In this document: positions 8,224 through 16,519 of the stretch, in pieces | Layout of the letters: each line of letters starts with the position of its first letter | Numbering within the stretch: position 1 is the first letter of the stretch | Assembly (NCBI GenBank): GCA_964373125.1 | Contig: CAYJSN010000003.1 | Span: 10,480-74,479, forward strand | Source of the DNA: an uncultured Nitrosopumilales archaeon | GTDB lineage: Archaea > Thermoproteota > Nitrososphaeria > Nitrososphaerales > UBA213 | Reading direction: 5' to 3' | DNA length: 64,000 bases | Program-made: the position numbers and the translations under genes | The notes under the pieces: generated by a model | Databases searched by the model: none | Seen by the model: only the letters and a program-made list of their open reading frames with translations | Told to the model about the DNA's origin: nothing

Positions 8224-8245
8224 ATCGAAGCCCTCCGGGCCCGCT
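8224..8245 (+). repeat. Direct repeat copy 3 (tRNA-Arg 3' end)
   Basis: Perfect 22-nt copy. Upstream GCTCCAGCA mimics the anticodon-stem 3' strand with the variable/T-stem part deleted. The downstream flank CTATCTAC resembles the flank of copy 1 (ATCTAAC). Confidence 0.95.
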
Positions 8246-8290
8246 CTATCTACTAAGGAAATACCGCCAATCTACTGGTAAGGCGGCCCT

Positions 8291-8734
8291 CTATTTGATA
8301 TTATTTTCCAACTTTCCAAGAGGCCGTTTCCAGATTCCTAGTCCTATCAACACAACCGCACCGATAGTAAACACCGACCCAACAACTAATACTTCGTTAG
8401 GACGCTGAATTAATCTCGAAGTGAGAGAAACTCCGAATACGATTATAAGAATAATTGCGTAAATGAGAGCGCCGTTAATAAGCAATAATGTGGATACCGC
8501 AAAAGAAGGTTCTTTTCTTTCAACTACAAAACCAATTATAGACATTATTATCGCGCCGCCAGCGAATACATTTGCTCTTGTTGCTTCATTAAATGGAAGG
8601 AACCCTGCAAGTTCCTCATGCTCTTCACCAGCCTCAACTGGATGACTAGATTCCATCAACTCATCTGCAGCGTAAATGATAAGGAGTATCAAGGACGCAA
8701 CCAGCAATGCCATGGAAATGCTTATTTTAGTCAT
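8291..8734 (-). CDS. Membrane protein (about 4 TM segments), hypothetical
   Basis: 147 aa, hydrophobic segments separated by short loops. Lies in an AT-richer stretch continuous with the cassettes. Confidence 0.5.
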   Translation of the reverse strand: MTKISISMALLVASLILLIIYAADELMESSHPVEAGEEHEELAGFLPFNEATRANVFAGGAIIMSIIGFVVERKEPSFAVSTLLLINGALIYAIILIIVFGVSLTSRLIQRPNEVLVVGSVFTIGAVVLIGLGIWKRPLGKLENNIK

Positions 8735-8777
8735 GGTCGGTGACCGGTTCGATCCATAGTATGAGAATATTTAAGAT

Positions 8778-9506
8778 TTAGGTTAGCTTCAGATGCAACT
8801 TACCCCAGTCGTCTGGAGCCGCTAGGACGTCCTTTATCGTTGGCGAACCTATGGCAAACTGTTTTCCGCCCGAATTTGCGGGCCATTCCACAAAGTTGTT
8901 ATGGTAACCATCACTCACGTAAAGATAGAACCGCATCTTTTCCTCGAAGCCGTAAGGCCCGGTGGGAATCTTCAACTCGTAACTCACATGCCCGTTCTTA
9001 TCATCGTATGGGCTGGAGTGCGAATAACCGATTCTGGCAAACCTGTCCACCAGTTTGGCATCCTGAATAATAACCCATCCACTGCCGCTACCCTGCATTA
9101 TGCCGCTCGTGGTGCGGCCTGTCCTTGTAGCCGCATAAAAACAGTAATCATCCTCAAGGGGAACATTCCCATCATCGCTCTTTGTATCAAAGCAGGCTAC
9201 GGCTAGATCCCTGCTCCTGTCAAGGCCCTGGTCTGAGACAAAGTCGATAAGTATGTACAGAAATCTTTCATTATATTTTGCCCTGAGGTATGCCATCAGC
9301 CCATCCGCTACGATCTTGGTTTCGCTAGCATCGAGCCACTCTGTTTCGGTGCTCCATACCCCGTCTATCTCTACTGGGTTTGCAGCCTTTGATATGACAA
9401 GAACTTCCTCATTTTTACCAAATGACGGCCCTAGCGCTGACGGCGTTAGCATCAAAATTATCAAGGGCAGAAGCAATGTCACCCTTATCGGTATGTGAGA
9501 TGCCAA
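8778..9506 (-). CDS. Secreted protein, CBM9/DOMON-like fold suspected
   Basis: 242 aa. N-terminal signal-like LLLPLIILMLTPSALG. The motif PVEIDGVWSTETEWLDA resembles the start of CBM9/DOMON-type domains. Family assignment is tentative. Confidence 0.45.
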   Translation of the reverse strand: MASHIPIRVTLLLPLIILMLTPSALGPSFGKNEEVLVISKAANPVEIDGVWSTETEWLDASETKIVADGLMAYLRAKYNERFLYILIDFVSDQGLDRSRDLAVACFDTKSDDGNVPLEDDYCFYAATRTGRTTSGIMQGSGSGWVIIQDAKLVDRFARIGYSHSSPYDDKNGHVSYELKIPTGPYGFEEKMRFYLYVSDGYHNNFVEWPANSGGKQFAIGSPTIKDVLAAPDDWGKLHLKLT

Positions 9507-9621
9507 CCTAGTTTATTACCAAGCACAACTATTTGACTGTTGCATCAATTCGCTCCCGGCGATCAACCGGTCGTGTTTAGATAATTAAATTCAAGGCTTG
9601 ACGAAAGTTCGCCGTGCAAAA

Positions 9622-10038
9622 TCAGAGCAGGAGCAGCGACCTGAAGGTATCCGTCATTGCCCTCTGCAGGTCGCGCTGTGTTACTATTCCTACGTATCTA
9701 TCATTTTCCTTGACCAAGAGTCTTCGTATCTTGTGCCTGATCATCATCTCTGCCGCGTCCCCGATGGTTTTGATCGAATTTATGCTGATCAGCGGCTTGC
9801 TCATTACCACCTCAACCGGCGTGTCGGGCCTTACGGCCTTCCTGTAGGCTAGAGACTTGAGGATGTCCCGCTCTGTCACTATGCCCACCGGCCTTCCCTG
9901 CGAGGTGATCACGACGGAACCCACGCCCTTGCGAACCATCGTCTTGATTGCGGACCTTATACGCAGGTCCTTCTCGATCGAGATCATGTCTTTGCTCATT
10001 ACCGCCCTTACCCTCACTGTAACATTGAGAGCCATCAA
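9622..10038 (-). CDS. CBS-domain pair protein
   Basis: 138 aa. Two CBS repeats (VMSKDMISIEKD...GIVTERDILK and VMSKPLISIN...GIVTQRDLQRA). Confidence 0.8.
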   Translation of the reverse strand: MMALNVTVRVRAVMSKDMISIEKDLRIRSAIKTMVRKGVGSVVITSQGRPVGIVTERDILKSLAYRKAVRPDTPVEVVMSKPLISINSIKTIGDAAEMMIRHKIRRLLVKENDRYVGIVTQRDLQRAMTDTFRSLLLL

Positions 10039-10138
10039 ACGCCCAATGCAGCAGCCTATCTATAAAGAATACTAATGCCTGAAACCATCTTAAATCGGCC
10101 TTGGATAGTTTAAGTTTGGGACTCGACGAAGGTTTGCC

Positions 10139-11389
10139 GTGTGCAAGATTAACAGCGTGATGGCTGTCCTCGCAGCAGCAGCACTGGTAACATCGCTTTA
10201 TACAACACTCAGCCTCGAACAGGCGGCGGCGGAGGAACCGAAAGATTCTGGCATCTCCGTGGCCGTCAAGCACAAGAAAAAGGTATCGCTGCTCGCGGTC
10301 AAGAACAACGGAAGCGAAGAGATATTCGGCGTGCGGATAGACATCGAGAACGGAAAGATCAAGTCTGTAAGCGCCAGGGGATGGGACCGTGATAGAATAG
10401 AGATGAACGCGGTAATCGTGCAGACGGGCGACAAATCCCTCCTGCCGGGCAGGTCGATGATAATCCTGCTGATAGTCGATAACAAGGACTCCCCGCTCGG
10501 GTGGGCAGTATTCGGCAAAAATAACCACACGATCGCGAGTTCGGGCCCTGAAATGGACAGAAAGGTGATCAGCCGCAAGATCGGCGAGATGAACATGCGG
10601 GGAAGGGCCGAGGCGGAATCCGGCAAATACAAATCCGCATATGCAGTGAATAACTGTCCCGGCTGCAAGATCGCGCTCGTAAGGCCGATATTCACAGACA
10701 CGGCATACACGGACGCGTTCTACGTGTTTTACGAGCTGCATCAAAACGATACCGCGACATCGGAAGACCTGTCCTACCTCACCGCGGTGGTCAAGGATAC
10801 ATGGCTGGGCATTCAGTGGAGTTCCTACAAATTCTTCAAACCTTGGCTTGAAAATAATACGATCAACCTGATTACGGACATCGAGGTGCATCTAAACAGG
10901 ATCCAGCAGTACGACAAGATAATACTACTGCACAGCGAGTACGTGACGCAGCAGTACTATGACAACCTGCGCGAGTGGGTCAGCAACGGCGGCACCATGA
11001 TCCTGGTGGACGGAAACGCGCTTTACGCCGAGGTGGAGTACGGCCAGACTGCTACAAAAGCAATGATAAGGCTCAGTAAGGGACACGGCTGGGAGTTCAA
11101 CGGCACCCTTGCTGTGCAATCAGTTAAGGAAAGATGGCTGGAAGAGAACAAGGAGTTCATCGGCAGCCACTTCGGCGGCATAGGCAGGTACCACGAATAC
11201 AACGTCATCGCGAACGATGCAGCAACATGCCTGAAGGAGTGGGACCGGACGCCGGAGGGCAGGGTCTGCACCTACAAATTCCAATATGGCAACGGTACGA
11301 TATACCACGCGGGCATATTCGGGAGCCTCTTCATAGACGAGCTGCCAGAGCTGCGGCAGATGTTGCTGGAGTTTCTGCAGCTGGGCTAG
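10139..11389 (+). CDS. Exported hypothetical protein
   Basis: 416 aa. N-terminal hydrophobic signal/anchor (AVLAAAALVTSLY). Start is GTG 10139 or ATG 10160. No recognisable catalytic motif. The long antisense ORF 9812-10891 is treated as a shadow. Confidence 0.55.
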   Translation: MCKINSVMAVLAAAALVTSLYTTLSLEQAAAEEPKDSGISVAVKHKKKVSLLAVKNNGSEEIFGVRIDIENGKIKSVSARGWDRDRIEMNAVIVQTGDKSLLPGRSMIILLIVDNKDSPLGWAVFGKNNHTIASSGPEMDRKVISRKIGEMNMRGRAEAESGKYKSAYAVNNCPGCKIALVRPIFTDTAYTDAFYVFYELHQNDTATSEDLSYLTAVVKDTWLGIQWSSYKFFKPWLENNTINLITDIEVHLNRIQQYDKIILLHSEYVTQQYYDNLREWVSNGGTMILVDGNALYAEVEYGQTATKAMIRLSKGHGWEFNGTLAVQSVKERWLEENKEFIGSHFGGIGRYHEYNVIANDAATCLKEWDRTPEGRVCTYKFQYGNGTIYHAGIFGSLFIDELPELRQMLLEFLQLG

Positions 11390-11425
11390 AAACCACTTTA
11401 AGAGCCCTCCGCCAGTATCGAGTCA

Positions 11426-12274
11426 GTGAGGTTTCAGGACAAGGTAGTCGTTGTAACTGGGGCTAGCTCTGGAATAGGCAAGGCAACCGCAATCAGTTTA
11501 GCTAAGACAGGCGCGACTGTTGTTATTGTATGTAGAGATGAGAAGCGGGGCGAGGCAGCATTAAATGAGATTAAGAAAAGTGGGAACGAATCAGTGTCCC
11601 TAATGGTAGCAGATCTTGCATCACAAAAATCGATATGCAGGCTCGTACGGGACTTCAGGCGCAACTATAACCGTCTGGATGTTTTGATCAACAATGCCGG
11701 GGTCTTTCTAGCAAGGCGCGCCCTGACCGAAGATGGAATAGAGTCGGCCTTTGCAATAAACCACCTGGCTCCTTTCTTGCTGACAAATCTGCTAATCGAT
11801 GTTCTAAGATCGAGCGCCCCTTCACGTATCGTGAATGTTTCTTCAAGTGCGCACTACAGGGGCCGCATAGACTTTGATGATATTCAAGGAGAAATTAACT
11901 ACAGCGGGATCAAGGCGTACAGTCAGTCCAAGTTAGCGAACGTATTATTTACCTATGAACTGGCAAGGAGACTTGAGGGAAGCGGCGTGACGGCCAATTG
12001 TCTTCATCCCGGGGCGGTTCGCACAAATTTGGTACGTCTCGATTCCGGGATTTATGGCTTGATCTGGAAGATGCTGGGCCCCTTGATGCCAGGTGCAGAG
12101 AAAGGCGCCGATACGTGTATCTACCTGGCGTCATCCCCTGAAGTGGAAAGTATCAGCGGGAAATACTTTGTGAAGAGAAGGAATGTCGTATCTTCAGAAG
12201 AATCGTATAACGAGGCAATTGCTAAGAAGCTATGGCAGGTAAGTGCCGAGCTGACGGGTCTTGAACAAACCTAA
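11426..12274 (+). CDS. Short-chain dehydrogenase/reductase (SDR)
   Basis: 282 aa. TGASSGIGKATA cofactor motif, NNAG, and catalytic YSQSK. Confidence 0.85.
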   Translation: MRFQDKVVVVTGASSGIGKATAISLAKTGATVVIVCRDEKRGEAALNEIKKSGNESVSLMVADLASQKSICRLVRDFRRNYNRLDVLINNAGVFLARRALTEDGIESAFAINHLAPFLLTNLLIDVLRSSAPSRIVNVSSSAHYRGRIDFDDIQGEINYSGIKAYSQSKLANVLFTYELARRLEGSGVTANCLHPGAVRTNLVRLDSGIYGLIWKMLGPLMPGAEKGADTCIYLASSPEVESISGKYFVKRRNVVSSEESYNEAIAKKLWQVSAELTGLEQT

Positions 12275-12332
12275 CATGCTTTAGTTAATTCTTCAGTTAC
12301 TGGAATCTCGACAAGATTGTTTTGCAAGGTAA

Positions 12333-13046
12333 TCAGGTGATGTCGTACCAGCGGTCCGTGTCCTTGACCTTGCGCATCTCGTTATCCACAGCTTCGGCCA
12401 TAACGTCGAGCTCGCTGAGCGCGCCGAACTTCAGGTAGGTCAGCCTCTCCAGCGTCTGCAGCACGCTCTTCGCCGCCCTGTACTGGGGTATCCGCGGTTC
12501 GGTTATCTCGCCGTAGAGCCCGATCCCGAGGATGTCGTTCGTCTTGGCGAAGCCCAGGACGAGGCCGTTGAAGCCGGTGATCAGCGACGAGCCGGGGGTA
12601 GGCTCGATGCCGAGCTTGCCGATCTTCTCGGCCAGCTCTTGGGTGGTCGCGGTAAAGAATGTCTTCGGCTCGTTGCCGATCTTCCTGTCCGTGTGAAACG
12701 CGCCCAGAGTGTAGACCAGCTGCGCCGAGTGGGCCCTAGCAACGCCGATGACATCCCCGCATAGATCGTATAGCTCCCTGTTGGTCTGAGGCTGGCCAGC
12801 CCCGCCGCCGAAGACTATCATGTCCTTGCTGTACCTGTACTCCCACCTCTGCCGCTGGTACTCGATGTGCCCGCCCTTGTCCACCACGTAGTCGGGGTAC
12901 GGGACCGAGATGTGCCTGAAGGGGCGCGTGCCCAGGCTCTTGTTGATCTGATCTACTGCTATGCTTGCGACGTTGCCCATATCCTGCATGGCCGCGATGA
13001 GTATCGGCCTGCTCAGGTCGGGCTTCTCGACCTCCGTGACTTCCAC
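12333..13046 (-). CDS. PAC2 (proteasome assembly chaperone 2)-family protein, tentative
   Basis: 237 aa. The pattern PILIAAMQDMGNVASIAVD...FGGGAGQP...ITGFNGLVLG resembles archaeal PAC2/PbaA-like proteins. Assignment is by recollection only. Confidence 0.45.
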   Translation of the reverse strand: MEVTEVEKPDLSRPILIAAMQDMGNVASIAVDQINKSLGTRPFRHISVPYPDYVVDKGGHIEYQRQRWEYRYSKDMIVFGGGAGQPQTNRELYDLCGDVIGVARAHSAQLVYTLGAFHTDRKIGNEPKTFFTATTQELAEKIGKLGIEPTPGSSLITGFNGLVLGFAKTNDILGIGLYGEITEPRIPQYRAAKSVLQTLERLTYLKFGALSELDVMAEAVDNEMRKVKDTDRWYDIT

Positions 13047-13095
13047 ATCAGGTATTCCAAGGTAAGTGATTTAAAAGTTGATGCCCAAACAGGTC

Positions 13096-13938
13096 TTATT
13101 CGGCCGAGAGGTCCCAGTAGTTTGCGTCCTTGACTATCTCGGTGGGCAGGCCCAGCGACTTCCACTCCTTCAGTGACCTGGCATATAGCTTGACGTTCCT
13201 GTGCCCTGCCAATAGCAAGCCGTAGTATGCAAGCCCGGAGAGCGTGCCTACGCTGCCGCAGTAGGTGATCACCTCGCCGCCGTCGGGTATCCCACGGTTC
13301 TTCAGCAGCCGCCTCAGCTCCTCGCCGCTCCTCAGGATGCGGTCCTCGCCGGAGAAGGTCTTCCAGGGTATGTTTATCGCCTTCGGTATGTGGTGGTCGA
13401 GGTAGTTCAGCCTCTCCCTCGAGTCCAGCAGCGTCTTGCCGTCGCTCCCGATCGAGGTGTTGACATAATCTGCCGTTGCCAGTATGCCGTTGTTGAGCCG
13501 GAGGGAGTGGGCCTTCTTCGGATAGACGTTCTTCTTGCGCTCCACCTCCAGCCCCAGCGACTTCCAAGTGCCGTAGGTAACGGCGAGCAGCGAGACGTCC
13601 CGATGCCCGATGTACTCGAGCGTCCATGCCACCCGGGCGGCCAGGGCCCCGAAGGTATCGTCGTAAACCACGACGTGGGTATCGTCGTCTATCCCGGCCC
13701 TGCCATACACCTCGGCAACCTGCTCCATGTTCTGGGCGTTCAGGACATCGGCCAGCGGGATCGACACCGCGCTTGGGATGTGGCCCTTCCTGTACTCCTC
13801 GGGCTTCCGTACATCGACGACACGCACACGCTTCTTCCGGATTGCTTCAAGTAGATCGCGTGGCTCGATGAGGATCGGGTGCTTCCTTGGGCCCGGGCCT
13901 GAGACCTGCTGCTCGCCCGACTGGGTCAAGCCGCACAT
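13096..13938 (-). CDS. Rhodanese-family sulfurtransferase (two rhodanese domains)
   Basis: 280 aa. VVDVRKPEEYRKGHIPSAV in domain 1 and the active-site loop YCGSVGTLSG in domain 2. Its start overlaps the stop of the upstream sulfite reductase by 13 nt. Confidence 0.8.
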   Translation of the reverse strand: MCGLTQSGEQQVSGPGPRKHPILIEPRDLLEAIRKKRVRVVDVRKPEEYRKGHIPSAVSIPLADVLNAQNMEQVAEVYGRAGIDDDTHVVVYDDTFGALAARVAWTLEYIGHRDVSLLAVTYGTWKSLGLEVERKKNVYPKKAHSLRLNNGILATADYVNTSIGSDGKTLLDSRERLNYLDHHIPKAINIPWKTFSGEDRILRSGEELRRLLKNRGIPDGGEVITYCGSVGTLSGLAYYGLLLAGHRNVKLYARSLKEWKSLGLPTEIVKDANYWDLSAE

Positions 13939-15728
13939 TCGCCCCTAGCTGTCTTTGCTGTGAACGCACGGTCGTTGCCGTAGTCCATGTAGGAATCGGG
14001 GCTCTCCTCCGGGCTCGGCAGTTTAGCAGCCTCGTCAACCACCCGCTTCAGGTCGTCGTTGTTCTTCACGGCTGATGTTCCTGCACCACGCATGACCCGG
14101 CTTACCCACTGCGGGAAGCTCTCGCCGGCGCCGCGCTCCTGTTTGTAGATGTCCAGCATCCTCAGGAGTACGTCGATCACCTTCTTTGCCGGCACCCTCG
14201 TGAGCATCTTGCCCAGCGTGGCGTTCTCGCCCGTGCTTCCTCCGATGAGCATGTTGTAGGTGGGCGCCAGCGTGTTGCTGACCCTCGACGCGCCGCCGTA
14301 GAAGCCGACCGTGGCAACCTCGTGCTGGCCGCATGAGTTGGGGCAACCGCTTATCTTTATCGTGGCGTCCATCAGCCCGTCCTCGGTGTCAAGGCCCAGC
14401 TCCAGGAACTTTGCCTGGATCTCCTTTGCCAGCCTGTGGGAGTTTGTTATCGCAAGGTTGCAAGACGTGGTGCCCGTGCAGCCGACCGCCGAGGCTATGG
14501 TGAGCGCGCCGGGATTCGCAAGCCCGGACGCCACGAGTTTCTGATATAGTTCCGGCAGGTCGGACTTCAAAACCCACCTGAGCACGAAGTTCTGGTTGGT
14601 CGTCGTGCGCACGCATCCCTCCGCCGAGAACTCCCTGCATATCTGGGCAAGCGCCCTGAGCTGGCGCGAAGTTATGTCTCCTGCCTGCAATGTGACAAAT
14701 GCCATCACGTAGCCGCGCTGCCTCTGCTCCACGACATTCGTAGCAACCCACCTCTGGTATCCGGACGGGTAGGACGAGGATTCGTGTGACACGATCGAGG
14801 GCGCCTCGCTCGGGTACTGTATCTCCTCCGGCACGAGCTTCACGGCCGTCGACTTGGTCGCATTGACTATCATGCGCTCTTTCAGGACCAGCTGCTGGAA
14901 CTTCGCAAAGCCCATATCATGGACCAGGTACCGCATCCTGTTCCTGTGCATCTTCTCCCTGTCGCCCAGCCTGTCGAAGAGCCTGACCGTCGCCATGCAT
15001 GTGGGCAGGACCTTGTCCATCGGGGTGAACTCCTCCAGGGGCTCGGCTATGAACGAGGCCGGGCCGAGGCCGCCGCCAAGGTATATCCTGAAGCCACGTA
15101 CCTCCTCGCCGTTGATCTCCCTGACAGCGGGAACGAGCCCGATGTCTGCTATCCTGACCAGGCTGTGCTCCTCGCAGCAGGCGAAATTAAACTTGAACTT
15201 CCTGGGCAGGTTCTGGTTCATCGGGTTCCTGAGGAAGAACCTTGCCACAGCATTGGCGTATGGCGTCGCGTCGAACGCCTCGGCCGCACAGACGCCCGCA
15301 TAGGGGCTGCAGACGATGTTCCTGATCGTGTTACCGCAGGCCTCCCTGGTCGTGAGCCCGGCCGATACCAGGCCGCGTATGGCCTCCGAGACATCGTCGA
15401 GCTGGACCCAGTGCAGCTGCACGTTCTGCCTGGTGGAGACGTGGGCACTACCTATTGAATAAGCATCGCTGACGTATCCAAGCTTCTCCAGCTGCTCGGG
15501 CGTGAGTATGCCCGAGGGAATCTTCACGCGCACCATGCTGTAGTCGCTCTGCATCCTGGAGCCGTAGGTACCGTTCTGGAGCCTGAACCGGCGGAACTCT
15601 TCCTCGCTGATCTTCTTCTGCCTGAAGAGCTTCACGATCTCTGCGAAGGTGTCGACCTCTTCCTCCCTCCCCCACTTTGCCGAATGTGTCCTGATGCGGA
15701 GCGGCCTGCTCTGGGCACGCCTCTTCAT
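13926..15728 (-). CDS. Ferredoxin-type sulfite (or nitrite) reductase, siroheme/[4Fe-4S] hemoprotein
   Basis: 600 aa. Duplicated NiR/SiR ferredoxin-like halves and Cys cluster GCTGTTSCNLAITNS...CPNSCGQHEVATVGFYG. Confidence 0.85.
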   Translation of the reverse strand: MKRRAQSRPLRIRTHSAKWGREEEVDTFAEIVKLFRQKKISEEEFRRFRLQNGTYGSRMQSDYSMVRVKIPSGILTPEQLEKLGYVSDAYSIGSAHVSTRQNVQLHWVQLDDVSEAIRGLVSAGLTTREACGNTIRNIVCSPYAGVCAAEAFDATPYANAVARFFLRNPMNQNLPRKFKFNFACCEEHSLVRIADIGLVPAVREINGEEVRGFRIYLGGGLGPASFIAEPLEEFTPMDKVLPTCMATVRLFDRLGDREKMHRNRMRYLVHDMGFAKFQQLVLKERMIVNATKSTAVKLVPEEIQYPSEAPSIVSHESSSYPSGYQRWVATNVVEQRQRGYVMAFVTLQAGDITSRQLRALAQICREFSAEGCVRTTTNQNFVLRWVLKSDLPELYQKLVASGLANPGALTIASAVGCTGTTSCNLAITNSHRLAKEIQAKFLELGLDTEDGLMDATIKISGCPNSCGQHEVATVGFYGGASRVSNTLAPTYNMLIGGSTGENATLGKMLTRVPAKKVIDVLLRMLDIYKQERGAGESFPQWVSRVMRGAGTSAVKNNDDLKRVVDEAAKLPSPEESPDSYMDYGNDRAFTAKTARGECAA

Positions 15729-15793
15729 ATTACGCAGATCACCGTCTATACAATATAAACTTTCGAAAGATGTATTAGGAAAAAGATTAAAGA

Positions 15794-16462
15794 ATGGTCG
15801 TGACGATTTCTGTCAACCGCCTCACCCTGTCGATGGAGATCTTCTTCAGGAACGCCGTCCTGCAGGACAACAAGAGCTTTGCCGAGGCTTTTGACAGGAA
15901 CGGTTTCAAGCTGTCCTACGGCACGCCGGAGTCGCCGGTAATGGCAAGGGAGGCGTTCACGGTGCGGCTGGGCAAGGCGCCCAAGGTCAGGGGGAGGGCG
16001 ATAAACGTCGCGGCTCTCTCGGTGGCCCCCAAGGACATAGCCAGGTTTATCGACCACATAATGAGCGTGAAGACGATACTCGCAAAAGAGCTCGGGCTCG
16101 ATCTGGAGCAGGAGTTCACGAGCTGCTCGCTGATCGCGAACGCCTGGGTCCACACGGACAACAACGCGGAGTCGGTCCTGAGCAGGCTGAAGGACATCAA
16201 CGGCATCGAGGATCTGAGGGGATTTGTATCACACAGGACTCCCTTCGCCAAGCTTGAGTTCGTCTCCGAATCCGCGCGGGGCCTGCTCGACTACGACGAG
16301 TGGCAGAAGATGGAGATCGACTCCACGCCAGAGGGGGAGTACCTGCTCTCGCTCCATCATAACGGCAGCTCGCTCGAGGGAACGACCGCGTATCTTGGGA
16401 AGATGGGCGAGAAGATAACATCGGTCATAGGCGCGATCGAGTCCAAGGTTCTGCAGTCATAG
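15794..16462 (+). CDS. Hypothetical protein (222 aa)
   Basis: Intact ORF with ordinary soluble-protein composition, divergent from the sulfite reductase gene. The overlapping ORFs are Arg/Pro-rich shadows. Confidence 0.5.
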   Translation: MVVTISVNRLTLSMEIFFRNAVLQDNKSFAEAFDRNGFKLSYGTPESPVMAREAFTVRLGKAPKVRGRAINVAALSVAPKDIARFIDHIMSVKTILAKELGLDLEQEFTSCSLIANAWVHTDNNAESVLSRLKDINGIEDLRGFVSHRTPFAKLEFVSESARGLLDYDEWQKMEIDSTPEGEYLLSLHHNGSSLEGTTAYLGKMGEKITSVIGAIESKVLQS

Positions 16463-16519
16463 TCGTACGAGTGGTTTTATGGAAACTTTTAAGAATGGGT
16501 CTCCACACGCCCACCGCTA

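Noticed and set aside
6779-8245. Three evenly oriented identical 22-nt repeats considered as a possible mini CRISPR array
   Set aside because: The spacers are 535 and 866 bp and contain complete promoter-driven TA operons. The repeat is the 3' end of a tRNA and is not palindromic in the CRISPR sense. No leader or cas genes are present.
9510-9590. Possible fourth att copy closing the AT-rich region after 8245 (TCGCTCCCGGCGATC near 9551-9565)
   Set aside because: Only a short CTCC(C)GG core matches the 22-mer, and the flanks do not align. It is too weak to call by eye.
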